From: Myxococcota bacterium
GTDB lineage: Bacteria; Myxococcota_A; UBA796; UBA2385
Length of the DNA: 64,000 nt
Assembly (NCBI GenBank): GCA_044344255.1
Contig: JBIJDH010000019.1
Location: 32,001 to 96,000, forward strand
Direction: 5' to 3'
Numbering within the stretch: position 1 is the first letter of the stretch; every line of letters begins with the position of its first letter. Made by a program: the position numbers and the translations under genes. The notes beneath the pieces are model-generated. The model saw only the letters and a list, made by a program, of their open reading frames with translations. It was not told where the DNA came from and searched no databases. This document shows positions 1 to 9,272 of the stretch, in pieces.

Positions 1-57
1 ACAACTCCGTGGGGAGACGGGGAGGCGGAAGGACGGGAGTCGCGGGAGGGGGCGACA

Positions 58-1884
58 GTGTATCCCCGCGCGGGCCCCGGAGAACACGACAGTCGAGCGA
101 CGAGGCGGGTGGCCCCAGAACCCGATTCGGCCCAGCCGCCTTCCCCCCTGCCGGATACCCACCCCCGCGGAGGCTCCCCGCCCTTGCCCACCCTCGTCCG
201 ATCGGCGCCCGTCGCGCTCCGCCGCGCCCTCTCCGGGGTCGTCGCTTATGGGCTGCTGGCGGGCATCCTCACCTGGCCGGCGATCGGTGGCATTGGGGAG
301 GTGGTGCCGGGCAGCGACCGGGCGGACCTCTGGGACAGCCTGTGGTCGATGTGGTTCGTCCAGCAGGCCGTCTCCGATGGGGTCTGGCCGCTGCACACCA
401 CCCTGCTCAACCACCCGAGCGGCGGCGCGCTGCTCGTGACCGATCTCCCCGCCGCCTTGTTCGGCCTCCTCTCCATCCCGCTCCTCGGGCTCCCCGCCGC
501 CTACACCGCGCTCGTCCTCCTCCGCCTGACCGCCGCGGGCCTCGCCGCCCATGGTTTCGCCCGCGCGCTGCTCGCGGAGCGGGGCCTCCCCTCCGGGGCC
601 GCCTTCATCGCAGGCGTGGGCTACGAGGCCGCGCCCGTGCTGCTCTCCGGCGTTCACAACGGCACGTCGGAGGCCTTCAACGGGGCCCCGGCGGCGCTGG
701 CGGCGTGGGCCTGCTGGTCGGTCGCCCGACGAGGCGGCGGGGGTCGGATCGCCTTGGCCGGGCTCGCCCTCCTCTTCGCTTCGCTGGCGAGCTGGTACTC
801 CGCGGTGGTCGCCTTCGTGTTCGCGGGGTCGATCGCCCTCTTCGGCCCGCCGGGGCAGGGCCTCCTCCGGCGGGCCGGCCCCCTGGCCCTGGGGCTCCTG
901 CTGGTCGCGCCCTTCGCCTTCCTCGTCGAGCGCTCGGCGACGGCCCCTGGGAACCTCGTGGGCATCAAGGGCGCGCGGGAGCTCAGCCTCGTGCGGCGCA
1001 GCACCGGGCCGGCCGACCCCCTCGTCTATGTGCGTGGCGGAGACTTCCGCTCCCCCGACTTCCGAAAGATCTCGCGCTACGGCGAAGACTTCCTCCACTG
1101 CGCCTACCTCGGCGGGGTGCTCATCCTCGGCGCCGCCCTCGTCTCCCGCTCGGCCCGCGCGCGGCAGGGCACGGCGCCGCTCTGGCTCGGCGGGGCGCTC
1201 GGCCTCGCGCTGTCGCTCGGCCCGGTCGTGGTGCAGGGCGGAGCGCCGCTCATCTTCCTCGGAGACCGCGCCTTCCCGCTCCCCTACCTCCTCGTCGAGC
1301 GACTCCCAGGCTTCTCCAGCCTCTCCCTCCTCTACCGGCTGGGCCAGGCGCCCGCCCTCGCGGCGGCCCTCCTCGCCTCCCTGGGCTGGTCGAGCCAGCT
1401 CCCGCGCTCCGCCCCCGTTGTGGTGATCGGGATCTTGGTGGAGCTCCGACTGCTGTCCCCCCTCCAGGGGCTGCCCGACGTCTCCGACGCGCAGGTGGGC
1501 CCCGCGATCGCCGCCCTGGCCCAAGCCCCCGCCGGCGCGGTGATCAACTTCCCCGTCGTGGGCGGTCGCGGCTACCTCTTCGAGCAGACGGTCCACGGCA
1601 AGCCCCTCGCCGCGACGCTCAACTTCCCGAACAGCCTCGTCGGCAAGCGGGTGTGGCAGGCCATGCTCGACCGGGTCGACCTCCCGGCCGCCCGCTTCCA
1701 GGCCGAGGTGGCGCGGGCCGCCCGCAAAGAGGGGATCCGCTACGTCGTCGTCCACCAGGACCCCTCCGCCCGCCCCGACATGCACGACGGCGCCGTCGCC
1801 GCCCTCCGCGCCGCCCGCTCACCCCTGGCCCGCAGCGGCAGCATCGGTGAGGAGGGGTCGATCGAGGTGTACGCGCTGTGGTGA
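58..1884 (+). CDS. Multi-pass membrane protein, probable GT-C fold glycosyltransferase (YfhO-like)
   Basis: 608-aa ORF with many hydrophobic helices, N-terminal DLWDSLWSMW loop, C-terminal soluble part with YLFEQTVHGKP and GIRYVVVH; start uncertain. Confidence 0.6.
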   Translation: MYPRAGPGEHDSRATRRVAPEPDSAQPPSPLPDTHPRGGSPPLPTLVRSAPVALRRALSGVVAYGLLAGILTWPAIGGIGEVVPGSDRADLWDSLWSMWFVQQAVSDGVWPLHTTLLNHPSGGALLVTDLPAALFGLLSIPLLGLPAAYTALVLLRLTAAGLAAHGFARALLAERGLPSGAAFIAGVGYEAAPVLLSGVHNGTSEAFNGAPAALAAWACWSVARRGGGGRIALAGLALLFASLASWYSAVVAFVFAGSIALFGPPGQGLLRRAGPLALGLLLVAPFAFLVERSATAPGNLVGIKGARELSLVRRSTGPADPLVYVRGGDFRSPDFRKISRYGEDFLHCAYLGGVLILGAALVSRSARARQGTAPLWLGGALGLALSLGPVVVQGGAPLIFLGDRAFPLPYLLVERLPGFSSLSLLYRLGQAPALAAALLASLGWSSQLPRSAPVVVIGILVELRLLSPLQGLPDVSDAQVGPAIAALAQAPAGAVINFPVVGGRGYLFEQTVHGKPLAATLNFPNSLVGKRVWQAMLDRVDLPAARFQAEVARAARKEGIRYVVVHQDPSARPDMHDGAVAALRAARSPLARSGSIGEEGSIEVYALW

Positions 1885-3095
1885 AGCCCTCCTCCAGCCC
1901 AACGGTCAGCCCTGCCGTCCAGGGCGGCCTCTTCCCCGCTCCGCGCGGGCCCGAGGGGCTGTCGGGCCCTGCGGGCGAGCTGCCCTGGCTCGGTCAACCC
2001 TTGGCGCGAGGTCAGGAGGCCGCCTTCGACCGGGCCCGGGTGCCCCTCCGCGCCCAGCCGGACGAGGGCGCCACCCGCCTGCTCCTCCGCGAAGACGCCG
2101 CCGTCACCGCCGAGGCCCTGATCGCCCTCCAAGCCCACCCCGAGGCCGGCGATCTCGCCTGGGCGGCGGGCGGACGCAGCGGGGCCCTCGCCTTGGAGCT
2201 CGCCTTCTCCGATCCCGGGCCGCTGCTCGTCCGCCTCGCGCCCGGGGGCCCGATCACGCCCACGCGCATCGCGGCGGCGCGGCGGGTGGAGATCGACCCG
2301 AAGGAGCGCCTGCTCCGCTTCGACGTGCCCCGATCCCAGTTTGGCGTAGATGCGATCGAGCTCCCCTTGAGCGACCGCCTCGTGCTCCCCTGCGGCCACT
2401 GGCTGCAGCTGCTGTGGGCGAACCTGCTGGCGCTCGGGCCCTTCCTCTGGCGCGAGCTCATCGGCCAAAACCCGCTCCTCGCGATCCCCCGCCTGCTGTG
2501 GGCCTGGCTCCGCGCCCGCTCCTTCGACCCCAAGCGCATCGGCGCCCAGCTCGGCCGCCGCGGGGCGCGCTGCCGCGTCCACCCCACCGCGGTGGTGGAG
2601 GGCTCCTGGCTCGGAGATGACGTCACCATCGGCGCCCTCGCGGTGGTGCGAGGCTGCGTGCTGGCCGACGGCGCCATCGTCGAGGAGCTGGCCCACGTCG
2701 AAGGCAGCTTCCTCGCCCCCGGCGCGGCGGCCCAGCGGATGGCCCTCGTCAAGTACACGGTCCTCCGCGAGGGCGCCGCCGGGGCCGGGGCGATGCAGAT
2801 GTCGGTCCTCGACCGGGGGGCCGCTGTCAAGTACAACGCCCTGCTGATGGATCAGGTCCTCCGCGGCAGCGTGCGTGTCCAATCCGGAGGGGGGCTCCAC
2901 AAGGCCCCCTTCGGGCTCGCCGGCGTCTGCGTGGGCGAAGGCACGCTCATCGCCGCCGCCGTGCTGATCGCCCCTGGCCGGGCCCTTCCGCCCGGCCTCC
3001 TCATCGTGCCCGATCCCGACAGCGTGGTCGGTCAGATCCCGGCGGGGCTGTCGGGCCGGGTCACCGCGCGCCACGGCCGCCTGGAGCCGCTGTGA
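1881..3095 (+). CDS. Left-handed beta-helix (hexapeptide repeat) protein
   Basis: VHPTAVVEGSWLGDDVTIGALAVVRGCVLADGAIV hexapeptide pattern; GTGA overlap with the upstream stop. Confidence 0.65.
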   Translation: MKPSSSPTVSPAVQGGLFPAPRGPEGLSGPAGELPWLGQPLARGQEAAFDRARVPLRAQPDEGATRLLLREDAAVTAEALIALQAHPEAGDLAWAAGGRSGALALELAFSDPGPLLVRLAPGGPITPTRIAAARRVEIDPKERLLRFDVPRSQFGVDAIELPLSDRLVLPCGHWLQLLWANLLALGPFLWRELIGQNPLLAIPRLLWAWLRARSFDPKRIGAQLGRRGARCRVHPTAVVEGSWLGDDVTIGALAVVRGCVLADGAIVEELAHVEGSFLAPGAAAQRMALVKYTVLREGAAGAGAMQMSVLDRGAAVKYNALLMDQVLRGSVRVQSGGGLHKAPFGLAGVCVGEGTLIAAAVLIAPGRALPPGLLIVPDPDSVVGQIPAGLSGRVTARHGRLEPL

Positions 3096-4285
3096 ACCTC
3101 TGGGGAGACCCCACCCTCAACATCGTGCTGGCCGTCGGCTATCTCGGCCTCATCAGCCTCATGTGGCTCCTGCTCTGCCTCGGCGTGCCCCTCTGGGGGC
3201 GCCGCTGGTCGATGGCGGCGAGCCACGAGGCCCCCGCGGAGCCCGCGCCACGGGTGACCATCTGCGTACCGGCCCGCAACGAGGCCCTCAACATCGGCGC
3301 CTGCGTGGCCGCGGCGCTGAAGAGCGAGTGGCCGGCCCTCGAGCTGGTCGTCATCGACGATCGCTCCGAGGATCGCACTGGCGACCTCGCCCGCGAGGCC
3401 GCCGCCGGCGATCCACGCTGTCGCGTGATCTCCGGCGTCGAGCCCCCGACCGGGTGGGCGGGCAAGGTCTGGGCCTGCGCGCGGGCGGCGGGCGAGGCGC
3501 AGGGCGAGCTGCTCCTCTTCATCGACGCCGACGTCGTGCTGCACCCTCGGGCCGTGCCGACGCTGGTGGCCACCCTGCGCGCGGAGCGCCTCTCCCTCCT
3601 CTCCTGCTATGGCCGCTGGACGCTCGTGACGTTCTGGGAGCGGGCCGTGATCCCCACCGTGGGCTGGCTCATCCGCGGCGCGGTCGACCTCGATCGGGTC
3701 AACGATCCCGGGCGCCCCGAGGCCTTCGCGAACGGGCAGCTCATCTTGGTCCAACGCGCCGACTACGAGGGCCTGGGTGGGCACGGCGCCGTTCGGGATC
3801 AGATCCTCGATGATGTGCGCCTCGGCGAGGCCTTCAAGCGGCGAGGCCTCCGCATCGGGCTCCGGGCGGCCGCCTGGGCCTTCGATGTACGCCTCTACCG
3901 TTCCCTCTCCGAGATCGTGCACGGCTACACGAAGAACCTCTACGAGGGCATGGGCCGCCAGCCGCTCGTGGGCCTCGGGGCCGTGTTGTTCATCTTCGTG
4001 GGCACGCTCTTCCCCTTCGCGGCGCTGGCGGGCTGCCTCGTCGGCAGGCTGCTCTTCGGCTGGGGGGAGCCCGGCTGGGGCTGGATCGCCTGGATCGCCG
4101 CGACCTGCGGGCTCCAGCTCGCCTTCCGGGCGCGGGTCGAGCTGCGGGACGGCCGATCCCCCCTGATCGCCTGGACGCACCCCCTCGCAAACCTACTGCT
4201 GGTGTGGATCCTCATCCGATCGGTGCTCGGCATGGAGGCGCGCTGGAAGGGGCGGCGCTTCGTAGACGGCCGCGCGGCGCCCTGA
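3092..4285 (+). CDS. Glycosyltransferase family 2 (CrtQ/HpnB-like), membrane-anchored
   Basis: VPARNE, DDRSED, GWAGKVWAC, FIDAD, ANGQ and ILDDV motifs; GTGA overlap with upstream gene. Confidence 0.85.
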   Translation: MNLWGDPTLNIVLAVGYLGLISLMWLLLCLGVPLWGRRWSMAASHEAPAEPAPRVTICVPARNEALNIGACVAAALKSEWPALELVVIDDRSEDRTGDLAREAAAGDPRCRVISGVEPPTGWAGKVWACARAAGEAQGELLLFIDADVVLHPRAVPTLVATLRAERLSLLSCYGRWTLVTFWERAVIPTVGWLIRGAVDLDRVNDPGRPEAFANGQLILVQRADYEGLGGHGAVRDQILDDVRLGEAFKRRGLRIGLRAAAWAFDVRLYRSLSEIVHGYTKNLYEGMGRQPLVGLGAVLFIFVGTLFPFAALAGCLVGRLLFGWGEPGWGWIAWIAATCGLQLAFRARVELRDGRSPLIAWTHPLANLLLVWILIRSVLGMEARWKGRRFVDGRAAP

Positions 4286-4331
4286 CCGGCCACCCCGCGC
4301 GGGGTCCGCGAAGGGGTGCCGAATCGAGGAC

Positions 4332-4401
4332 CCGAAACGACAAACGCCGCTCCCGGAGGAGCGGCGCCGAAACGACAAACGCCGCTCCCGGAGGAGCGGC
4401 G
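4332..4401 (-). terminator. Tandemly duplicated intrinsic terminator downstream of tRNA-Gly
   Basis: Two identical 35-bp units (4332-4366, 4367-4401), each with a 9-bp stem CGCCGCTCC/GGAGCGGCG followed on the minus strand by TTTGTCGTTT. Confidence 0.75.
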
Positions 4402-4436
4402 TCTGTGGGGGAACGCACAGAGGCGCACCCAAAGAG

Positions 4437-4512
4437 TGGAGCGGGAGACGGGACTCGAACCCGCGACATCCAGCATGGCAAGCTGGTGCTCTACCAACTG
4501 AGCTACTCCCGC
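4437..4512 (-). tRNA. tRNA-Gly(GCC)
   Basis: Minus strand GCGGGAGTAGCTCAGTTGGTAGAGC...CCAGC-TTGCCAT-GCTGG...GGTTCGAGTCCC...CTCCA; 76 nt, CCA encoded. Confidence 0.97.
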
Positions 4513-4533
4513 GAGCAGCCCTGAGGCCCTGAC

Positions 4534-4562
4534 CGATTATCCAGCCCCCACCGCACCGTCAA
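4534..4562 (-). promoter_or_regulatory. Probable sigma70 promoter of tRNA-Gly
   Basis: Minus strand TTGACG (4562-4557), then GATAAT/TAATCG (4541-4534), about 22 nt upstream of the tRNA. Confidence 0.55.
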
Positions 4563-4979
4563 GTCACTTTCTTAAGAAGCTCTCTGGACCGATCTCACAG
4601 CAGGAGACTGAGCCAGGGCACCCAAGGGGTGAACGTCACGGACATGGAGGGCTATCAACACACGGCCGCCAGAAGGCATCACCTTCGGACGCCCGCCTTC
4701 TAATCGATCCCATCGCTGCGTCAAGGCCACCCCTCCGAGCCGCACCGCAAAAATGTGAGCCCGCCGCTCCGCGGTGATGGGGCGGCGACGTGTCAGGACT
4801 TGTGCACACGAACGGATTTCGGCTAAGCTCAGCGCTCCTGTGATGTTCGCCCCGTCTCGAATCTGCTCGCGACGCTCGGCCGCACCTCGCAGCCCTCCTG
4901 CCTCAGCTGGTCCCCAGGCAGGCCCTCTTGGAATCGTCCGACGGACCGTCAGAGCTGGCGGTGAGAAGTGGAGCACGAA

Positions 4980-6770
4980 ATGCGATTGGTCTTCGTAGCC
5001 CCGATCCTGGCGCTGACCCTGGCCCTCGGTGCATGCTCCGACAAGGCGACGCCCAGCAACGCAGACTCGCCCAACGGTGCGGGCGACGGCGGCAATGACA
5101 CCTACGTCGCGGCGGCGGACGGCGACGGCGACGGTTGGACCGACGCCACCGGCGACTGTAACGACGCCGACGCCACCGTGTACCCAGGCGCCGACGAGGC
5201 CTGCAACGGCGTCGACGACAACTGCAACGGCCAGACCGACGAGGGCTTCGGTGACGTCGACGGAGACGGCACGAAGGACTGCTCGGACTCCGAAGAGTGC
5301 GACGGCCGCGACAACGACGGCGACGGCGAGGTGGACGAGGGCTTTGACACCGACGGCGACGGTCAGGCCGACTGCACCGCGGTCGAGATCTGCGACGGCG
5401 TCGACAACAACGCCGATGGCACCATCGACGAGGGCTTCGACCTCGACGGCGACGGCTACACCTCCTGCGGCACCACCACCGTCCTCGCCGACTGCAACGA
5501 CGAAGACGCCGCCATCCACCCCGGCCAGTCCGAGGTCGACGGCGACCTCGTCGACAACGACTGCGACGGCGTGATCGACGTCCTCGTCTGGGAGGCAGGC
5601 GACGTCATCCTCACCGAGATCATGGTCAACCCGGGCAACGTCATCGACTCCGACGGCGAGTGGTTCGAGGTCACCAACGTCACCGACCACACCGTGCTGC
5701 TCAACGGCATCACGATCTCGTCTTCCGTGGACGTCGACCTCCATCAGATCACCTCCGACACCCCGCTGACCGTCGAGCCCGGCGAGTCCTTCGTGCTGGG
5801 CGCCAACGACGTCCTCACCGCGAACGGGGGTGTGGCGATCGACTACATGTACGCCGACATCGACCTCGCCAACGAGGCCGACTCCATCGTGCTCGAGATC
5901 GACGGCCTGCTCATCGACGAGGTCACCTGGGACGACGGGCTCACCTTCCCCGACGTCCAGGGCGCCAGCATGACGCTTGACCCCACCTGGCTCAGCGCTG
6001 ACCTCAACGACAGCGGCGACAGCTGGTGCCAGGCCACCACCTTCTGGGGCTCGGCCACGGACTTCGGCACCCCGGGCGCCACCAACGAGTGGTGCTTCCC
6101 GGTCGTCGTCGTGGACTACGACCACAGCGCCGGGCTCACCACCTGCTCCTCGACGCAGCTCATCGGCTCGGGCTCCTACGATCCCGAAGGCCTGCCGGTC
6201 ACCTATGAGTGGTCGATCGTGAGCGCGCCCTCGGGCTCGGTGCTCACGTCCTCGGACATCGAGGATCCCACCAGCGCCGACCCCTTCATCACCCCCGACG
6301 TGCCCGGCACCTACATCTTCTCGCTGACCGTCTACAACGGCTCCGAGTACTCGCCGCCCGCCACGATCACCCTCGACTTCACCGAGCGGGCCTTCAACAC
6401 CGCGCCGATCGCCGACGCCGGGGATGACAGCTCGTACTCCGAGACCGCCACCTGCACCCCGATCAGCTACGGCGCGTCGTACAGCTGCGCCGCCTGCGCC
6501 GACTACGACTTCGAGCTCGACGGTACGCAGTCCAGCGATCCCGACGGCGACTGGCTCGGTGACCCCGCCTGGGCCTTTGTGACCACCTCGTCCTACGCCA
6601 CCATGGTTGACGAGGACACCTGGACGCCGACCGTCACGATCTCCGGCGTGCCCTCGTCCCACGGCGTGGCCACCACCACCTCCGTGACCGTTCAGCTCTC
6701 GGTGTCCGACTGCATGGGCGCGGTCTCCACCGACGACGTCGTGCTCACCCACGTCTGCACCGGCTCCTAA
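4980..6770 (+). CDS. Lipoprotein with MopE-like putative metal-binding repeats, lamin-tail domain and PKD-like domains
   Basis: Lipobox LGAC; repeats like DCNDADATVYPGADEACNGVDDNCNGQTDEG; ILTEIMVNP...GEWFEV...GTPGATN lamin-tail signature; GSYDPEG and APIADAG PKD-like motifs. Confidence 0.8.
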   Translation: MRLVFVAPILALTLALGACSDKATPSNADSPNGAGDGGNDTYVAAADGDGDGWTDATGDCNDADATVYPGADEACNGVDDNCNGQTDEGFGDVDGDGTKDCSDSEECDGRDNDGDGEVDEGFDTDGDGQADCTAVEICDGVDNNADGTIDEGFDLDGDGYTSCGTTTVLADCNDEDAAIHPGQSEVDGDLVDNDCDGVIDVLVWEAGDVILTEIMVNPGNVIDSDGEWFEVTNVTDHTVLLNGITISSSVDVDLHQITSDTPLTVEPGESFVLGANDVLTANGGVAIDYMYADIDLANEADSIVLEIDGLLIDEVTWDDGLTFPDVQGASMTLDPTWLSADLNDSGDSWCQATTFWGSATDFGTPGATNEWCFPVVVVDYDHSAGLTTCSSTQLIGSGSYDPEGLPVTYEWSIVSAPSGSVLTSSDIEDPTSADPFITPDVPGTYIFSLTVYNGSEYSPPATITLDFTERAFNTAPIADAGDDSSYSETATCTPISYGASYSCAACADYDFELDGTQSSDPDGDWLGDPAWAFVTTSSYATMVDEDTWTPTVTISGVPSSHGVATTTSVTVQLSVSDCMGAVSTDDVVLTHVCTGS

Positions 6771-6782
6771 GCGGCCGGGCGC

Positions 6783-8150
6783 TCAGGGTCGGGCGCGGGT
6801 CGCGATCCGCGTGATGAAGGGGGCCGCCTCGGGCAGCGCGGCCTCCTGGGTCGCCTTGGCCGCCTGCCGCGCGAGCTCCGCCTTCAAGGACCGCAGCGCG
6901 TCCTCGTAGGCGGTGGTGTCGGGGCCCCCCGACATGCGAGAGAGGGCCAGCCAGGCTGATCCATCGGCGGCGTGCGCGCGGAGCAGCGCGCTGTCGACCG
7001 TACCCCCGCGGGTGCCGAGCAGAGCGTCGGAGAGGGGGACGAGGCCGCGGTAGAAGGTGGGCTTGTCGTGGGTGACCTCGACGCCGTCGATCGCGGCCTT
7101 GAGCGCCACGAGCGCCCAGAGGGTGGAGAGCGGCCCCACGCTGGCCTCCCACCGCCGGGCCACCTCCAGCGTGGCCACCCGATCGAGGCCGCCGCAGGCC
7201 CCCTCGGGACAGCGGTCGCGGAGGCGCGCAGCGGTGAGCGCGACGAGGGCGAGGCCGGTAGACCGCTCCGCCGCCGCGTCCCGGCTGAGCTCGACCCGCG
7301 CGCTCGTGAGCAGGGCGTCGATGGGATCGAGCCCCGCGGCCAGCCCGAGCTCGGCCGCCACCGCGGTCCGGCGCGCCTGCCAGGCCTCCCGCTCGGCCGA
7401 GGTGTCGGCGGAGACCTGCTCGAGGGCGAGCACGGTGGCCCGGGAGAGGGCCGCGGCGCCGCGGGAGGCGGCGGCGGGATCGGCGGCCCCGGCGGCTCGG
7501 GCCAGGAGGAGGGCGCCCGTCGGGCTGTCGATGAGCCGATCGTAGACCCCGGGCTCGAGGGCCGCGGCCACGGGCCCGAGGGGGAGGCTCGGATCGTCGA
7601 ACCAGCCGAGCAGGACGCGGCGCTCGGCCATCCAGAGGGCGTCCCGGCGCGCCAGGGCGGGGTCGTCGCGGATCCAGGCGAGGGGAGCCCGGGCCATCAG
7701 CGCTGGCGGCCGCTCGTCGAGGCGCACCGGCCCGAGCCAGGCGCCGATCTGATCGTCGGTCGCCTCCGAGCCCGTGGCCACCAGCACCTCCATCGCCGCG
7801 AGGCGCGCGCCGCGGGCCAAGGGCACCGCGACCGTGCCGGCGTGGCGCACCTCGAGCTCCCCCCAGTCGCGGGGCGGCGGGTCCTGCCGACGGGCCACCC
7901 GCGCCCAGGCCTCGAGGGCCGCGCCCTGCGGCGCCCCCACCCAGAAGCCCGATCCCCGCGGCGTCACCCGCCGGACGAGCGGGTCTCTCCCCACCGCGAG
8001 GCGGAGCGCCGCCTCCATCGTCGTCGGCGCCACCTCCGGGGCCGCCGCCTCGACCGGGCGGACCTGGAGGTGGGGCGGCACGGTCCGCGGGGCGCAGCCG
8101 AGCAGCCCGCAGAGGAGGTGCGAGACGAGGAGCCGGCGCCCTGCGGTCAT
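6783..8150 (-). CDS. Hypothetical lipoprotein
   Basis: 455-aa ORF, signal peptide ending LLGC, ATGA overlap with the pyrD stop. Confidence 0.6.
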   Translation of the reverse strand: MTAGRRLLVSHLLCGLLGCAPRTVPPHLQVRPVEAAAPEVAPTTMEAALRLAVGRDPLVRRVTPRGSGFWVGAPQGAALEAWARVARRQDPPPRDWGELEVRHAGTVAVPLARGARLAAMEVLVATGSEATDDQIGAWLGPVRLDERPPALMARAPLAWIRDDPALARRDALWMAERRVLLGWFDDPSLPLGPVAAALEPGVYDRLIDSPTGALLLARAAGAADPAAASRGAAALSRATVLALEQVSADTSAEREAWQARRTAVAAELGLAAGLDPIDALLTSARVELSRDAAAERSTGLALVALTAARLRDRCPEGACGGLDRVATLEVARRWEASVGPLSTLWALVALKAAIDGVEVTHDKPTFYRGLVPLSDALLGTRGGTVDSALLRAHAADGSAWLALSRMSGGPDTTAYEDALRSLKAELARQAAKATQEAALPEAAPFITRIATRARP

Positions 8151-9175
8151 CGTGCGTCCAGGAGCGCGCGGTGGATGCGCGAGGCGAGGCCCGGCCCCTC
8201 ATAGATCAGGCCGCTGTAGATCTGCACCGCCCGGCAGCCCATCGCCAAGAGCTCCGCGGCGGCCTCGGGACCCGCGACCCCACCGACGCCGATCACCGGC
8301 AGCCGCCCCGCGGACGCGGCCAGCACCTCCCCGATGCGCGCCCGCGCCAGCGGCCAGAGCGGGGCCCCCGACAGCCCCCCGGCCTCGCCGAGCCGCCCGG
8401 TGGTGCCCGGCCGGCTGGTGGTGGTGTTGGTGGCGATGATCCCGGCGCAGCCCGTCTCCACGGCGACCTCGACGATCGGGCCGAGCTCTTCGGGGTTGAG
8501 GTCTGGCGCCAGCTTGAGGAAGACCGGCCGCGGCCGCGCCCCCTCCACCACCCGCCCGAGCAGGGCCCGGAGCCGGGTGGGCTCCTGGAGGGCGCGGAGG
8601 TCAGGGGTGTTGGGTGAGCTCACGTTGACGGTGAAGTAGTCGACCAGCTCGGTGAGCTCGGTCACGCAGCCGAGGTAGTCGCGCTCGGCCTCGTCGTTCG
8701 GCGTGTCCTTGTTCCGCCCGATGTTGGCGCCCACGGGCACAGCGGGCCAGGCCCCCGACTCCCGCAGCGCCCGCAGCCGGTCGCGCAGGGCCACCACGCC
8801 GCCGTTGTTGAAGCCCATCCGGTTGATGATCGCGCGCTCCGGCGGGAGCCGGAACATCCGTGGAGCCGGGTTGCCAGGCTGGGGCCGCGGGGTCACCGTC
8901 CCCACCTCGACGAAGCCGAAGCCCAGCGCCGCCCAGACCGGGATGGCGAGCCCGTCCTTGTCGAGACCGGCCGCGAGGCCGACCGGGCCGGCGAGCCGCA
9001 GCCCCGCGAGCTCCACCGCGAGGCGAGGGTCGGTCGACGCCACCATCGCCCCGAGCAGGCCAGCGGCGAGGCGGGGCGCCGCGGAGAGGCTGTCCAGCAC
9101 GGCGCTGTGGGCCCGCTCGGCGTCGAGCTGAAAGAGCAGCGGTCGGGCGAGGCGCCAGCTGAGGTCGAGCAGCAT
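8147..9175 (-). CDS. pyrD: Dihydroorotate dehydrogenase (quinone, class 2)
   Basis: GLAAGLDK, GFGFVEVGTVT, INRMGFNN, NVSSPNTP, KLAPDL, GGLSG motifs. Confidence 0.97.
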   Translation of the reverse strand: MLLDLSWRLARPLLFQLDAERAHSAVLDSLSAAPRLAAGLLGAMVASTDPRLAVELAGLRLAGPVGLAAGLDKDGLAIPVWAALGFGFVEVGTVTPRPQPGNPAPRMFRLPPERAIINRMGFNNGGVVALRDRLRALRESGAWPAVPVGANIGRNKDTPNDEAERDYLGCVTELTELVDYFTVNVSSPNTPDLRALQEPTRLRALLGRVVEGARPRPVFLKLAPDLNPEELGPIVEVAVETGCAGIIATNTTTSRPGTTGRLGEAGGLSGAPLWPLARARIGEVLAASAGRLPVIGVGGVAGPEAAAELLAMGCRAVQIYSGLIYEGPGLASRIHRALLDAR

Positions 9176-9272
9176 CGGAGCTCCAGCCGGTCGGCTATCC
9201 CGCCACCCGGCCTGCGGCGTCGGGTAGCCGGAGCCCGGAAGGGCCGCGTCGCGTCGTGCTACGTTTCAGCCC

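Noticed and set aside
4595..4660. Glycine riboswitch (GGAGA...CACCCAAGG resemblance)
   Set aside because: Lacks the CCGAAG and CTCTCAGG core, and no glycine-metabolism gene lies downstream
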